Shown: positions 19,949 through 30,051 of the stretch, piece after piece
Position numbering within the stretch: position 1 is the first letter of the stretch
Layout of the letters: each line of letters begins with the position of its first letter
From: an uncultured bacterium
GTDB lineage: Bacteria > CSSED10-310 > CAZUFC01
NCBI GenBank assembly: GCA_964619725.1
Contig: CAZUFC010000005.1
Span: 74,418 to 138,417 of the forward strand
DNA length: 64,000 bases
Direction: 5' to 3'
Notes under the pieces: generated by a model
Database searches by the model: none
What the model was told of the DNA's origin: nothing
The model's input: the letters and a program-made list of their open reading frames with translations, nothing else
Program-made: the position numbers and the translations under genes

Positions 19949-20331
19949 TTTTCCTCCTTGGTATCTTCCTGTTTCTTTTTCTGAAGCCGTATTTAAACCG
20001 ACTCCAGACTGTTGATAAAGACAGAAGCAAATCTCATGCCGACTTCCTGTCCGATTGGGACCACTGTCAAATGCCGTTCATTAATTCCTGTTATGAAAGC
20101 TGCTGATGAGAAACCGGATGTCGTTGATATTGTTAATCAGACTTGGCTTCATACTCTTGTTGTTTCTTTTTGGCCCAACAGAAAATACCGTACGTTTCCT
20201 GAAGATACACGCCAACGGCTTTTTTTGAATTTTTTCAGAGACTTAGCGCGGATTCCTCATACCGAAACTGTTTATGATCAATTCAGCATGAGAAATCCGG
20301 ACTCTTACTTATATCTTCTATAAGAGTAGCA

Positions 20332-21708
20332 TCACTTCGGTTTGACGTAAAAAACGGGTACGAGTCCTCCGCCCTGGTGAATATTGATGATCGTTCCCGC
20401 TGCGGCTCTCACGAACGAGCCGGCAAAATTTCCGTCGTGCGACCAGAAATTGATGTTCACATTTTTGTCTTCAAATCCCTGCAATTTATCGCCTTCCATT
20501 ACGGGAAACTTTTCCTTGGGAATGTTGACCAATTCCTGCGCCGTATAGGTCGTCCCTTCCCGGAAACTCTTTTCCATCAAATCTTCCCATTCTCGCTGAT
20601 TGGAGCTTATGCCTACCAGTATGCCGAATCCCCCGTAACCGTCATTCGGTTTCAGGACGAATTCGTTCTTATGGTTCCTGACAAAAGAAACCAGGTCTAT
20701 TTCTTTGCCCTTATAGTCCGTTTTTCCCTCCAGTAATGTCCGGGTCCAGGGAATGTGTTTTCGATGCGCTTCACGTTCCTCCGGCGAGAATATACTGTCG
20801 TATTGCGGATCGCTCAATATCTCCAGTATGGACTTCCAGTCGCCCGTTGCAGCGCTGACGGGATTCACGAAACAGACATTGCCTTCACGGTATGCATTGA
20901 GCACGGGTTGCGATTTTTCCCAGAATTCATCCAGAATGAAATCATCCAGCGCATCCCGGTATATAAGATGTATCGGTTGGCCCTTCAACGTCAGGGTCTT
21001 TCCGTCATAATCGAAGTCGCGGGGATCGGCGAAGTGCGCGTTGTGACCCATCTGCTTATAATACTCGACGAAGGAGAGAAAATCGCTGAGTATGGTGGAT
21101 TCGTTCCAGCAAACGAAGGCTATGTTGGGTTTTTCCAGGGGTTCTATGCCTTTATTTTCGCACCATTGTCTGTATTTTCTGAGGAAAATGGTGAAATGGG
21201 ATTTAACCAGCCAGTCCACAATCACCTCATATTTCTTCTGTAATTCCTTGATCACCGGCAATTCTAAAAACATTTCCAACAGATTGTCATGCCAGCCCAT
21301 CCCGCTTGGATCGCCGCAATTAAACTCCAGATACTTCAGTTCGCCGGTCTCCGGAATATAGAAAACATCCAGACGATTAACGATCTGATGACCCGGATAC
21401 CCGGCATCAATATTGGCCAGTTCCGCAGTCCGCCCGCTGATCTGAATTTGTTTTTTGAACGCGCCTTCCTGGAAGTAGGCATCGCCTATTTTGTTCAATG
21501 AAGAGATCATAAGTTGAGTCGTTTTACCGAAAAAATTTCTGTCTCCGGCATCGACGAAATAGGGTTTGAGGTATGTAGGAAAAGCTTCTCCGTGCATCTG
21601 CATCCCCTTTTCCGCCATTTTTTCTGCCAATGTCTGCATCTGTTCCGCCGGATCGGTTTTGGCCATCATTTCCTCAAAATCATCATTGACTTGTTTCAGT
21701 AAATCCAT
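20332..21708 (-). CDS. circularly permuted ATP-grasp (glutathionylspermidine-synthase-like) ligase
   Basis: NRLDVF, YLEFNCGDPSG, IHLIYR, FVLKPNDGYGGFGILVG, AQE, INIHQGGG. Confidence 0.8.
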   Translation of the reverse strand: MDLLKQVNDDFEEMMAKTDPAEQMQTLAEKMAEKGMQMHGEAFPTYLKPYFVDAGDRNFFGKTTQLMISSLNKIGDAYFQEGAFKKQIQISGRTAELANIDAGYPGHQIVNRLDVFYIPETGELKYLEFNCGDPSGMGWHDNLLEMFLELPVIKELQKKYEVIVDWLVKSHFTIFLRKYRQWCENKGIEPLEKPNIAFVCWNESTILSDFLSFVEYYKQMGHNAHFADPRDFDYDGKTLTLKGQPIHLIYRDALDDFILDEFWEKSQPVLNAYREGNVCFVNPVSAATGDWKSILEILSDPQYDSIFSPEEREAHRKHIPWTRTLLEGKTDYKGKEIDLVSFVRNHKNEFVLKPNDGYGGFGILVGISSNQREWEDLMEKSFREGTTYTAQELVNIPKEKFPVMEGDKLQGFEDKNVNINFWSHDGNFAGSFVRAAAGTIINIHQGGGLVPVFYVKPK

Positions 21709-21867
21709 GTGATTCTCCTTGCTTGCTGATCATTGTTCTTTTAGCTTATCAATAAATGCAAAATTCCGCGTTCGCTCAAAGAAATCATGTTTATCTAGCA
21801 GATTATCAACGATTTGACAATAAAAAAACAAAAGTAATGCCGTTCTCTGCAGAAAAGCTTTCGGGCC

Positions 21868-21888
21868 TTTGCGAAGGGCTCTGACCCC
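21868..21888 (-). repeat. REP-like repeat (GGGGTCAGAGCCCTTCGCAAA)
   Basis: Identical to the copy at 17556. Confidence 0.75.
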
Positions 21889-21988
21889 AGCGGAACGATC
21901 CGGAAACAAAGAATTACCGGATGGCTCTCAACCTCTCCTGAACGTTAAAACCCAAAAGACCCCGGTCCGGTCGGCGCTTGCATTCTCT

Positions 21989-22591
21989 TTATTGTTCCTC
22001 CGATTCCTCAGTTTCGTCTGCAGACGCCTCCGTCGCATCTAAAACTGATTTAACGTCCAGTTTTTTCAGATTTGAATTATCTCTTAAAAATTTTTCAATT
22101 TCCTGGCGGATGGGGTCCTGACTCACGATTTCAGACAGGAATATGCGTTTGTAACTGATGTTCCGCAATTCCTGTTGCAGGTAATCATCACGTTCTTCTT
22201 TCAACTTAAGGTTCTGCATGAAGAGCTTCTCTTCCAATGCCTCATTTTCCATCAGCAAAGACAGCAACATATCCGTCCGTTTGCCTTTGCCCAATCCCAT
22301 GACTCCAACGCCAGCCGCTTTTTTTCTGTATTGTTCCAGTTTTTCTTCCAGAAAATCGATTTTTTTCTGCAATTCTTGTTTTTCGTTCTGGAGTTTAATT
22401 TTTTCATTGTCCCAGAATTCTTTCAACGATCTTTCAATCGTTTTCATTGTGTCCATATTCTTTTTTGCGGTGCGTTCATATTTTTTCCTGACCGCCAGGC
22501 GTCCGATAAGGAATCCGATAATAATCAAAACGACGGTCAAAAAGGATCCGATGATAATTTGATAAGTAGTTTCTGAAAGAAGACCCGGCAT
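21989..22591 (-). CDS. membrane-anchored coiled-coil protein, hypothetical
   Basis: Start MPGLL after AGGGGAGG; single N-terminal TM helix followed by K/E-rich heptads. Confidence 0.75.
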   Translation of the reverse strand: MPGLLSETTYQIIIGSFLTVVLIIIGFLIGRLAVRKKYERTAKKNMDTMKTIERSLKEFWDNEKIKLQNEKQELQKKIDFLEEKLEQYRKKAAGVGVMGLGKGKRTDMLLSLLMENEALEEKLFMQNLKLKEERDDYLQQELRNISYKRIFLSEIVSQDPIRQEIEKFLRDNSNLKKLDVKSVLDATEASADETEESEEQ

Positions 22592-22799
22592 AAACAAACC
22601 TCCCCTGCTCATCTTCAGGTTAATGGTAAACGGGTTCAAAACGCATGTCAACCGTGGATAAAACGGGCGAGGGGTGGAAGAGTGGGGGATTGTCAAAGTG
22701 GCGAGTGAGAAAGGCGTTAAGGGTGGGTTAATAGAGTCTTCCAATCAGTTCAGCGCCTTTCTGTCCGGCATCCGCCATCCGGCATCAAGCGTTTGGAAA

Positions 22800-22814
22800 G
22801 GGGTCAGAGCCCTT
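22800..22814 (+). repeat. REP-like repeat
   Basis: GGGGTCAGAGCCCTT, preceded by a CCGGCATC...GCATCAAGC stretch like that before the 45906 copy. Confidence 0.7.
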
Positions 22815-22966
22815 TGGAGAGCATTGATTTTACAAAATAAGTTCAAGAAAATTAACGTTTTGTATTGACAGGCGCTGGAATATCTGGCATATACTTTCAA
22901 TTCTTAAACGGGCCTGATGGTCCTGTTCTTTTTCAGTCAACCAGCAATCGAGCAGGAGGCAATGGT

Positions 22967-25219
22967 ATGGATATACGGATATTATTCGTTTTGGCGCCTG
23001 TGGGATCGGCATTGGCGCTCGTATTCGCTTTTTTGTTTTTTCAAACGATGAAGAAGAAGCCTGAAGGAACGGAAAGGATGATAGAGATAGCGCAGTATGT
23101 CCGTGAAGGGGCGATGGCTTACATACGTCAGCAGTATAAGGTCGTGGCGCTGTTTTTTGTTTTTGCATTCATATTTTTCTTTATATTGGCCTACGTACTG
23201 GGCGTTCAGTCGAAATGGGTGCCTTATGCGTTTTTAACGGGCGGATTTTTTTCCGGGTTGGCGGGTTTTCTAGGCATGAAGACGGCGACGTATGCATCGG
23301 CCCGGACGACGGAAGGATGTCGTCACAGTTTAAATGAAGGATTAACGATATCGTTCCGCAGCGGAGCGGTCATGGGATTGGTAGTCGTAGGGCTGGGATT
23401 GCTGGATATTTCGATGTGGTATCTTATTCTGAATCATTTCATTCCCGATTCACCTCACAAATTAGCGGAGATCACGGTGACCATGCTCTGTTTCGGAATG
23501 GGAGCCAGTTCACAGGCGCTTTTTGCCCGTGTGGGCGGAGGCATATACACGAAGGCGGCCGATGTAGGGGCAGATTTAGTGGGTAAAGTTGAAGCGGGGA
23601 TTCCTGAAGACGATCCTCGGAATCCTGCGACGATCGCCGACAACGTAGGCGATAATGTAGGAGATGTAGCTGGTATGGGCGCGGACCTTTACGAATCGTA
23701 TTGCGGTTCCATTCTGGCGACGGCGGCGTTGGGCGTATCGGCTTTTGCGGGACTGACGGACAAACTGGGCGTATCGGAAGCCGTTCAGATGGCGATGCAG
23801 CGCAAGGCGTTGCTTCTGCCCATGATCATCGCGGGCATAGGGGTCATTTTGTCCATCATAGGCATTTACGCTGTAAGAACCAAAGAGGATGCCAAGATAG
23901 GCGACCTGCTCAAATCGCTCAGTTTAGGCGTTAATCTGAGTTCAGTCCTGATTGCTGTGTGTTCTCTGGGAGCGGTGCTGCTGGTATTGCCTGACGAAGC
24001 CACGGGGATGACGACGATGAAAGCCTTCGGCGTATGGGGTTCCATCATGACGGGACTTGTCGCCGGCATCATCATCGGCAAGGCGACGGAATATTATACG
24101 GCTTCAGCGTTCAAACCCACACAAAAAATCGCTGAATCGGCCCAGACAGGACCGGCGACTTTGATTATCGAAGGCATCTCGACGGGAATGGTGTCCACCT
24201 GGGTGCCCGGCGTCACCGTATCCGTAGGCATTCTTTTGGCTTTTCTGTTTTCCGGAGGTTTTTCAAACGTCAGCATGGGCTTATACGGCATTGGAATCGC
24301 TGCGGTAGGCATGCTTTCAACGCTCGGCATCACCCTGGCGACCGATGCGTACGGACCCATCGCTGATAACGCCGGCGGAAACGCTGAAATGAGCGAACTG
24401 GAACCCTACGTCAGAGAACGAACAGATGCCCTGGACGCACTGGGAAACACCACTGCAGCCACCGGCAAGGGATTCGCCATCGGATCGGCAGCTTTGACCG
24501 CTCTGGCGCTTCTCGCCGCTTATATCGAGGAAGTGCGCGCCGGTTTGATCAGAGTGGCGGACGATGCCGGCAATATAGCGCTGAATGGAATAACAACCAC
24601 AGTCGATGCCGTCAGAAGCGCAGACATCAGCTATTTCATGGACACGTACAATGTTACTTTGATGAATCCTCAGGTCGTCATAGGCATATTCGTCGGCGCT
24701 ATGCTCGCTTTCGTTTTTTCATCTTTGACGATGAAGGCCGTCGGCAGAGCCGCCATCGATATGGTTAACGAGGTCCGGCGACAGTTCAAAGAGATTGCCG
24801 GAATCATGGAAGGCAAAACCACCCCTGAGTATGCCAAATGCGTTGATATCGCCACTAGAGGCGCTCAGAGACAGATGATCCTCCCCACTATGCTGGGCAT
24901 CATCACTCCCATCCTCATCGGCCTGCTTCTCGGCGTTGCCGGCGTTATGGGGCTTCTGGCGGGAGGTCTCTCCACAGGCTTCATGCTGGCCATCATGATG
25001 GCCAATTCAGGAGGGGCCTGGGATAACGCAAAAAAATACATCGAAGAAGGTCACTTCGGCGGAAAAGGTTCCGAAGAACATAAAGCCGGCGTCATAGGCG
25101 ATACCGTCGGCGACCCCTTCAAGGACACTTCCGGACCTTCGCTCAACATCCTGATCAAGCTCATCAGCATGGTCAGCGTCGTCGTAGCCGGAATGACTGT
25201 GGCTTACAGCATTCTTTAA
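22967..25219 (+). CDS. hppA: K+-dependent membrane pyrophosphatase (probably Na+,H+-translocating)
   Basis: GGGIYTKAADVGADLVGKVEAGIPEDDPRNP, DAYGPIADNAGG, GNTTAA, GGAWDNAKK, GDTVGDPFKDT. Confidence 0.97.
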   Translation: MDIRILFVLAPVGSALALVFAFLFFQTMKKKPEGTERMIEIAQYVREGAMAYIRQQYKVVALFFVFAFIFFFILAYVLGVQSKWVPYAFLTGGFFSGLAGFLGMKTATYASARTTEGCRHSLNEGLTISFRSGAVMGLVVVGLGLLDISMWYLILNHFIPDSPHKLAEITVTMLCFGMGASSQALFARVGGGIYTKAADVGADLVGKVEAGIPEDDPRNPATIADNVGDNVGDVAGMGADLYESYCGSILATAALGVSAFAGLTDKLGVSEAVQMAMQRKALLLPMIIAGIGVILSIIGIYAVRTKEDAKIGDLLKSLSLGVNLSSVLIAVCSLGAVLLVLPDEATGMTTMKAFGVWGSIMTGLVAGIIIGKATEYYTASAFKPTQKIAESAQTGPATLIIEGISTGMVSTWVPGVTVSVGILLAFLFSGGFSNVSMGLYGIGIAAVGMLSTLGITLATDAYGPIADNAGGNAEMSELEPYVRERTDALDALGNTTAATGKGFAIGSAALTALALLAAYIEEVRAGLIRVADDAGNIALNGITTTVDAVRSADISYFMDTYNVTLMNPQVVIGIFVGAMLAFVFSSLTMKAVGRAAIDMVNEVRRQFKEIAGIMEGKTTPEYAKCVDIATRGAQRQMILPTMLGIITPILIGLLLGVAGVMGLLAGGLSTGFMLAIMMANSGGAWDNAKKYIEEGHFGGKGSEEHKAGVIGDTVGDPFKDTSGPSLNILIKLISMVSVVVAGMTVAYSIL

Positions 25220-25454
25220 ATTTTTAATGCAAAAAGACAATCGGGATAATCGAAATTTCGATCCCCATGAAATATAATCCCAATCGACGGATGCACCGGA
25301 CGCTCGAAGTCCCTCACCGGTTGTTCTAAACCTTATCGATCTGAATTTTTTTATCCGATGATCAAAACATCCAGATTTGGGAAGCCTGCAGGGATAACCG
25401 TTAGAATCTTGGCGGCATAAGACTTTGTTTAAGGTGTCTTAGGAGAACTTCGGG

Positions 25455-26261
25455 TTAAGCCTTTCGGCTGTTTCTCCTGTTCAACCGGCAAAAAACCGTC
25501 GCCGGTCTTCTGAAAAAAAGCAGAAGCATGAAAGCTGATACGGCTATGATCATTCCCCAAATATTCATGGCTGGGACGAGCGGCGATTCGGGCGTGGGTG
25601 ATGGAGAGGGCGTGTTGGTCGGAACAGGAGTCGGCGTTTGCGTGGGCGTATTAGTGGGTTCGGGCGTCGGAGTCGCAGGAGTGTCGATTTGCACGCGAAG
25701 AACCCAGTCGCCTTGCAAACCAAATTGCTCAGAAAAAAACCAACCCACTCCAGGCACATAGATGAAATTAACTCCCGGATTAATATTGCCGTCAGCATCA
25801 CGATAAAAACTAGGTGGAGGGTCCTGGAAAAATTCAAAACCGACTCGGATCATTCCGCTTTCGATTGTAATCGGAGGAATTATATCAAAATCGTTCCAAT
25901 ATGGTCCAGCCGTCAATTGAACGCCTTCCGGCGCTTTTAAAGTTGGACCGGGTTGCATAGCGCCGGTGTCCTCCCACAAATGAAGGATGAACGGTCCTAT
26001 TGTTCCCCCGCTTCCGCCGTCGCCCACCAGGACTCGAACCTTCGTCAGCTCATAAGGATAATCCTCCGGTTCGGCCACAAAACGTGCCGCCATTATTTCA
26101 TTTGCGACGAACCCTGCCTGATAGAAAGCCAATCCGCCTTCAACAAAACCGTCATTTTTCAACCATTTCAAAGCGCATTCAGCATCCGGCGAAAATGATA
26201 AAAGAAAGAAAACAGTCAGTGCAAAACTGATCCTTGCAACGAATCTTCCTTTTGATTCCAT
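25455..26261 (-). CDS. secreted protein with Pro/Thr linker and IPTL-CTERM-like anchor
   Basis: Signal peptide after GGAGG; TPATPTPEPTNTPT linker; LVPAMNIWGMIIAVSAFMLLLFFRR. Confidence 0.8.
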   Translation of the reverse strand: MESKGRFVARISFALTVFFLLSFSPDAECALKWLKNDGFVEGGLAFYQAGFVANEIMAARFVAEPEDYPYELTKVRVLVGDGGSGGTIGPFILHLWEDTGAMQPGPTLKAPEGVQLTAGPYWNDFDIIPPITIESGMIRVGFEFFQDPPPSFYRDADGNINPGVNFIYVPGVGWFFSEQFGLQGDWVLRVQIDTPATPTPEPTNTPTQTPTPVPTNTPSPSPTPESPLVPAMNIWGMIIAVSAFMLLLFFRRPATVFCRLNRRNSRKA

Positions 26262-26608
26262 ATTATTCCTCCATTTCATGCTCAGGCAAATTATATGTGT
26301 TAGAATGATTCAAGCCTCCTGAACTTTTTTATAATAGGAAATTTGCAGAAATGCAAATATACGGCTTTTACGTTCGTTTATGCCGAATAAAGAACCCTTA
26401 TAATGCCCTTTCAACAGGACGCTTTTGATGAAGAACATCCTCTGCCTTGAAAAATGAAACTTTTTCAATGAAAAAGTGTCTATAAGAGATGAGGATGATG
26501 AATTGCGGATATTTGTTGGAATGGAGGAGCAGAAAGTCGGTGATAATGTTTCAGGAAGGTTCCTGATCTGAATGAAGGAAAGGGCCGGCTAGGGAAGGAA
26601 GTTGAATC

Positions 26609-26637
26609 TTGACTGAGGACGTTAAGTCCAGTATTTT
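26609..26637 (+). promoter_or_regulatory. putative sigma70 promoter of the nifU-nifS-tldD-pmbA operon
   Basis: TTGACT-N17-TATTTT, with a GGAC-N5-GTCC dyad in the spacer. Confidence 0.35.
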
Positions 26638-26678
26638 TGAAAAGTTATCTCGAGTCATCGAGTTTAAGGAGAATCGAT

Positions 26679-27239
26679 ATGTATTCTGAAAAAGTCATGG
26701 ATCATTTCAATAATCCGCGCAACGTAGGCGAACTGGAGAATGCAGACGGTGTAGGCGAAGTCGGCAATGCGGCATGCGGAGACATAATGAAGATATGGTT
26801 GAAGGTGGACGAAAAGGGTAAAATAGAGGAGGTAAAATTCAAGACGTTCGGATGTGCATCGGCCATAGCATCGAGTTCGATGGCGACGGAGCTGATAAAG
26901 GGCAAGCATATAGATGAAGCGCGGAAGCTGACGAATCAGGCGATAGCGGATGCGCTGGACGGTTTGCCGCCGGCCAAGATGCATTGTTCGGTACTGGCGG
27001 CGGATGCCATCAACAGGGCGATTGATGATTATCTGGGTATAGAAAGGGAGGGTGATCTGGAGGTCGTATGCATCTGCAATAACATAACGAAGGGAGAGAT
27101 TGAGGAAGCGATAGCGCATGGGGCTTTTACGATGGAAGCGATAAAAAAGAAGACCGGGGCGATGTCGGGAGCATGCGACGGCGTCCGTTGCAAAGAAAAG
27201 GTGGAAGAACTTTTACATAAGATGCAAGCGGTGGAATAA
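26679..27239 (+). CDS. nifU: NifU/IscU-type Fe-S scaffold with C-terminal BFD-like [2Fe-2S] domain
   Basis: YSEKVMDHFNNPRNVG, ACGD, FGCASA, KMHCS; C-terminal VCICN...GACDGVRC. Confidence 0.92.
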   Translation: MYSEKVMDHFNNPRNVGELENADGVGEVGNAACGDIMKIWLKVDEKGKIEEVKFKTFGCASAIASSSMATELIKGKHIDEARKLTNQAIADALDGLPPAKMHCSVLAADAINRAIDDYLGIEREGDLEVVCICNNITKGEIEEAIAHGAFTMEAIKKKTGAMSGACDGVRCKEKVEELLHKMQAVE

Positions 27240-27272
27240 AAAGGTAAAATTTTCTCAGGGAGAATGCAGTAA

Positions 27273-28454
27273 ATGAGAGAAATATATTTCGACAATAACG
27301 CAACGACTCCTCTCCGACCGGAGGTGAAAGCGAAGATTAAGGATGCGCTTGACCTTTACGGCAATGCATCGAGTGCGCACGGCATGGGTCGACGCGTGCG
27401 AGGTGAGATAGAAGGAGTCAGGGATAATTTACGGAAATTTATCGGAGGCGAAAGAGGCAGCGTCGTATTTACATCAGGCGGTTCTGAGAGCAATAATCTT
27501 GTATTGAAGGGAGTGACGTGCGAAGGGATATTATTCAGCGTTCAGGATGCATTTCCGGGGCGTCACATCATTACGTCGCAGGTAGAGCATCCTTCGATAC
27601 TGGAAACCTGCCGTTGCCTGGAAAAGCAGGGTATACAGGTTACCTACATACCTGTGGACAATTACGGCATGGTTGATCCCGGAACGGTCGAGAAGGCGGT
27701 TACGCGGAGCACTTCGTTGATCAGCATCATGTATGCGAACAATGAGGTTGGGACCATTCAACCCATCAAGGATATAGCAGCAATAGCGAAGAAGCACGGC
27801 ATATTTTTTCACACGGATGCGGTGCAGGCCGTGGGTAAACTGGATGTAGACGCGGAAGAGCTTGGCGTTGATTTTCTGTCTCTTTCTGGGCACAAATTAA
27901 ACGGTCCCAAGGGCATAGGAGCATTATGGTTCAGGAAGGGACTGGGGATTTGTCCTTTGATTCACGGCGGCCACCAGGAGCGCAGCAGGCGGGCCGGAAC
28001 TGAAAATACTTTAGGCATAATAGGATTGGGCGCGGCGTTGGAAGCGGCTCAGAAAGATATGGAGCAGGAGAGGATTAAAATAACGGAGTTGCGCGACCGT
28101 TTATACGAAGGATTAAAGGAAAAGGTTCCCGACGTTCAGTTAAACGGGCATCCTGAAAAACGGTTGCCGGGAACGGTAAACATGACTTTCAGGTATATCG
28201 AGGGTGAGTCCATGGTTTACCGTTTTGATTCTTTGGGTATCGCCGTTTCAACGGGTTCTGCGTGCAGCACGGGTTCCCTGGAGCCTTCCCATGTTTTGAA
28301 GGCTATGGGGTTATCGCACGAGGATGCGCATGGCTCTATCCGGTTCAGTCTGGGATGGGGCAATACGGTTGAGGAAGTGGATTATGCGATTAAGGTGATC
28401 CCGGATGCCGTGGCGAATTTAAGAGAGATGTCGCCGTTATATCAATCCTCTTAA
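27273..28454 (+). CDS. nifS: cysteine desulfurase NifS/IscS
   Basis: YFDNNATT, TSGGSESNN, HTDAVQ, SGHKLNGPKG, STGSACS. Confidence 0.96.
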   Translation: MREIYFDNNATTPLRPEVKAKIKDALDLYGNASSAHGMGRRVRGEIEGVRDNLRKFIGGERGSVVFTSGGSESNNLVLKGVTCEGILFSVQDAFPGRHIITSQVEHPSILETCRCLEKQGIQVTYIPVDNYGMVDPGTVEKAVTRSTSLISIMYANNEVGTIQPIKDIAAIAKKHGIFFHTDAVQAVGKLDVDAEELGVDFLSLSGHKLNGPKGIGALWFRKGLGICPLIHGGHQERSRRAGTENTLGIIGLGAALEAAQKDMEQERIKITELRDRLYEGLKEKVPDVQLNGHPEKRLPGTVNMTFRYIEGESMVYRFDSLGIAVSTGSACSTGSLEPSHVLKAMGLSHEDAHGSIRFSLGWGNTVEEVDYAIKVIPDAVANLREMSPLYQSS

Positions 28455-28470
28455 TCAAAAGGATAGTAAA

Positions 28471-30012
28471 ATGCACAGTTATATGGATTTTACAAGGCCG
28501 GTCAGTCGCCGTTCTTTTTTGAAGACGGGTTTAAAAATCGGCGCTGCGGCTGCCTTGACTCCGTCATTGTTCCGCCTGATGAAACCTCCTGTATTAAGCG
28601 CGGAAGATTTGAAAGCCGGATTAGCCGAATACAAGCTGCCGAAAGAAGTTCTGGAACGTCTGATTAAATCGTCGCTGGAACGCGGCGGCGATTATGCGGA
28701 CGTATACTTGTTGTATGAGGCTTCGATGAATCTTTTTCTGGAAGAGGAGCGGATAAAAAGCGGGGAGTACGGAATAAACGCCGGGGCCGGTATCCGGGTG
28801 ATTGAAGAGGACCGGATTGGGTTCGGGCATTCATCCGTTTTTGAAGAGAAGGAATTGGTTAAAGCCGCAGGAACCGCTGCGTTGATCGCTTCATCAGGTC
28901 CGGCCATGCCTCCGAGAAGCCTGGTCAAAAATTCTACTCCTTCTTATATAAACGTTATGGTTCCTCTTGAAGAGGTCACTCTGTCAAAGAAGGCGGAAAT
29001 GCTGAAGAAAATCGATAAAGCGGCCCGGAAATATGATTCCAGGATCAAACAGGTTTCCATAACTTACCATGAGGGTTTCACGCATCGTACGATGGCGAAT
29101 TCCCAGGGTATATTGATTGAAGACAGCATGCCTATGTCGATGTTGAGAGTCAACACGATAGCGCGAGATGGAAAAGCGACCGCTCCTGGTTTTTTAAGGA
29201 TGAGCAGTAGAAAAGGCTGGGAACAATACACAGAAGCAGATGCCGGCGAATTGGGTCGAAAAGCCGCCGAACAGGCTGTGACTATGCTGAAAGCCCGGGA
29301 AGCCCCGATGGGGACTATGACCGTCGTTATCGGAAACAGCGGAGGCGTCCTTTTTCATGAAGCAGTAGGGCATGGATTGGAAGCTGATGCCATCCGAAAA
29401 AAAGCTTCATTCTATGTCGATAAAAAAGGCGAAAAAGTCGCTGCAGATATTGTCAATCTGGTTGATGACGCCACTCTTCCCAATTTGCGGGGAACTTTTA
29501 ACGTCGATGATGAAGCTGTCCCAGGACAAAGAAAAACCCTGATAGAGAAGGGAATATTGAAATCTTACATGTTTGACCAGTTCGAAGCTTTCCAGGCTCA
29601 TACCCTCTCCACGGGCAACGGCCGGCGCGATAACTACTCCGATCAACCCATGCCCCGTATGTCGAATACTTTTATCCTCCCCGGAGAAGATGATCCTGAA
29701 GAGATCATCAAGGATACGAAAAAAGGCATTTATGCGAAAAATTTCGGGGGCGGCATGGTGGATACTTCCAGCGGCAATTTCACTTTCAACACTACTGAAG
29801 CTTATCTGATTGAGGATGGGAAGATTACCGCTCCCGTCAAGGGCGCCTCCCTGGTTGGAAATGGTCCGGATATTTTAAAGAAAATAGACCGGCTTGGAAA
29901 TGATCTGGACTTCTGGCCCGGCACATGCGGAAAAGGCGGGCAATGGGTTCCGGTTACTTCTGGAGCTCCGACGCTGAGGATCAGAGAGATCAACGTCGGA
30001 GGAAGCGGCTGA
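28471..30012 (+). CDS. tldD: TldD family metalloprotease with twin-arginine signal peptide
   Basis: SRRSFLK Tat motif; HEAVGHGLEAD, GNGRR, PRMSNT, GTCGKGGQ. Confidence 0.93.
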   Translation: MHSYMDFTRPVSRRSFLKTGLKIGAAAALTPSLFRLMKPPVLSAEDLKAGLAEYKLPKEVLERLIKSSLERGGDYADVYLLYEASMNLFLEEERIKSGEYGINAGAGIRVIEEDRIGFGHSSVFEEKELVKAAGTAALIASSGPAMPPRSLVKNSTPSYINVMVPLEEVTLSKKAEMLKKIDKAARKYDSRIKQVSITYHEGFTHRTMANSQGILIEDSMPMSMLRVNTIARDGKATAPGFLRMSSRKGWEQYTEADAGELGRKAAEQAVTMLKAREAPMGTMTVVIGNSGGVLFHEAVGHGLEADAIRKKASFYVDKKGEKVAADIVNLVDDATLPNLRGTFNVDDEAVPGQRKTLIEKGILKSYMFDQFEAFQAHTLSTGNGRRDNYSDQPMPRMSNTFILPGEDDPEEIIKDTKKGIYAKNFGGGMVDTSSGNFTFNTTEAYLIEDGKITAPVKGASLVGNGPDILKKIDRLGNDLDFWPGTCGKGGQWVPVTSGAPTLRIREINVGGSG

Positions 30013-30051
30013 TTGATAGTTAAACAATAAATGAATAATGAGGGCAGTTAC

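Noticed and set aside
20012-20323. 103-aa + strand ORF
   Set aside because: TTG start, no clear RBS, no motif; occupies the upstream region of the propeller gene; probably spurious.
26605-26635. IscR/Rrf2 operator upstream of nifU
   Set aside because: The GACT...AGTC spacing does not fit the IscR type 1 pattern and no Rrf2 gene is adjacent.
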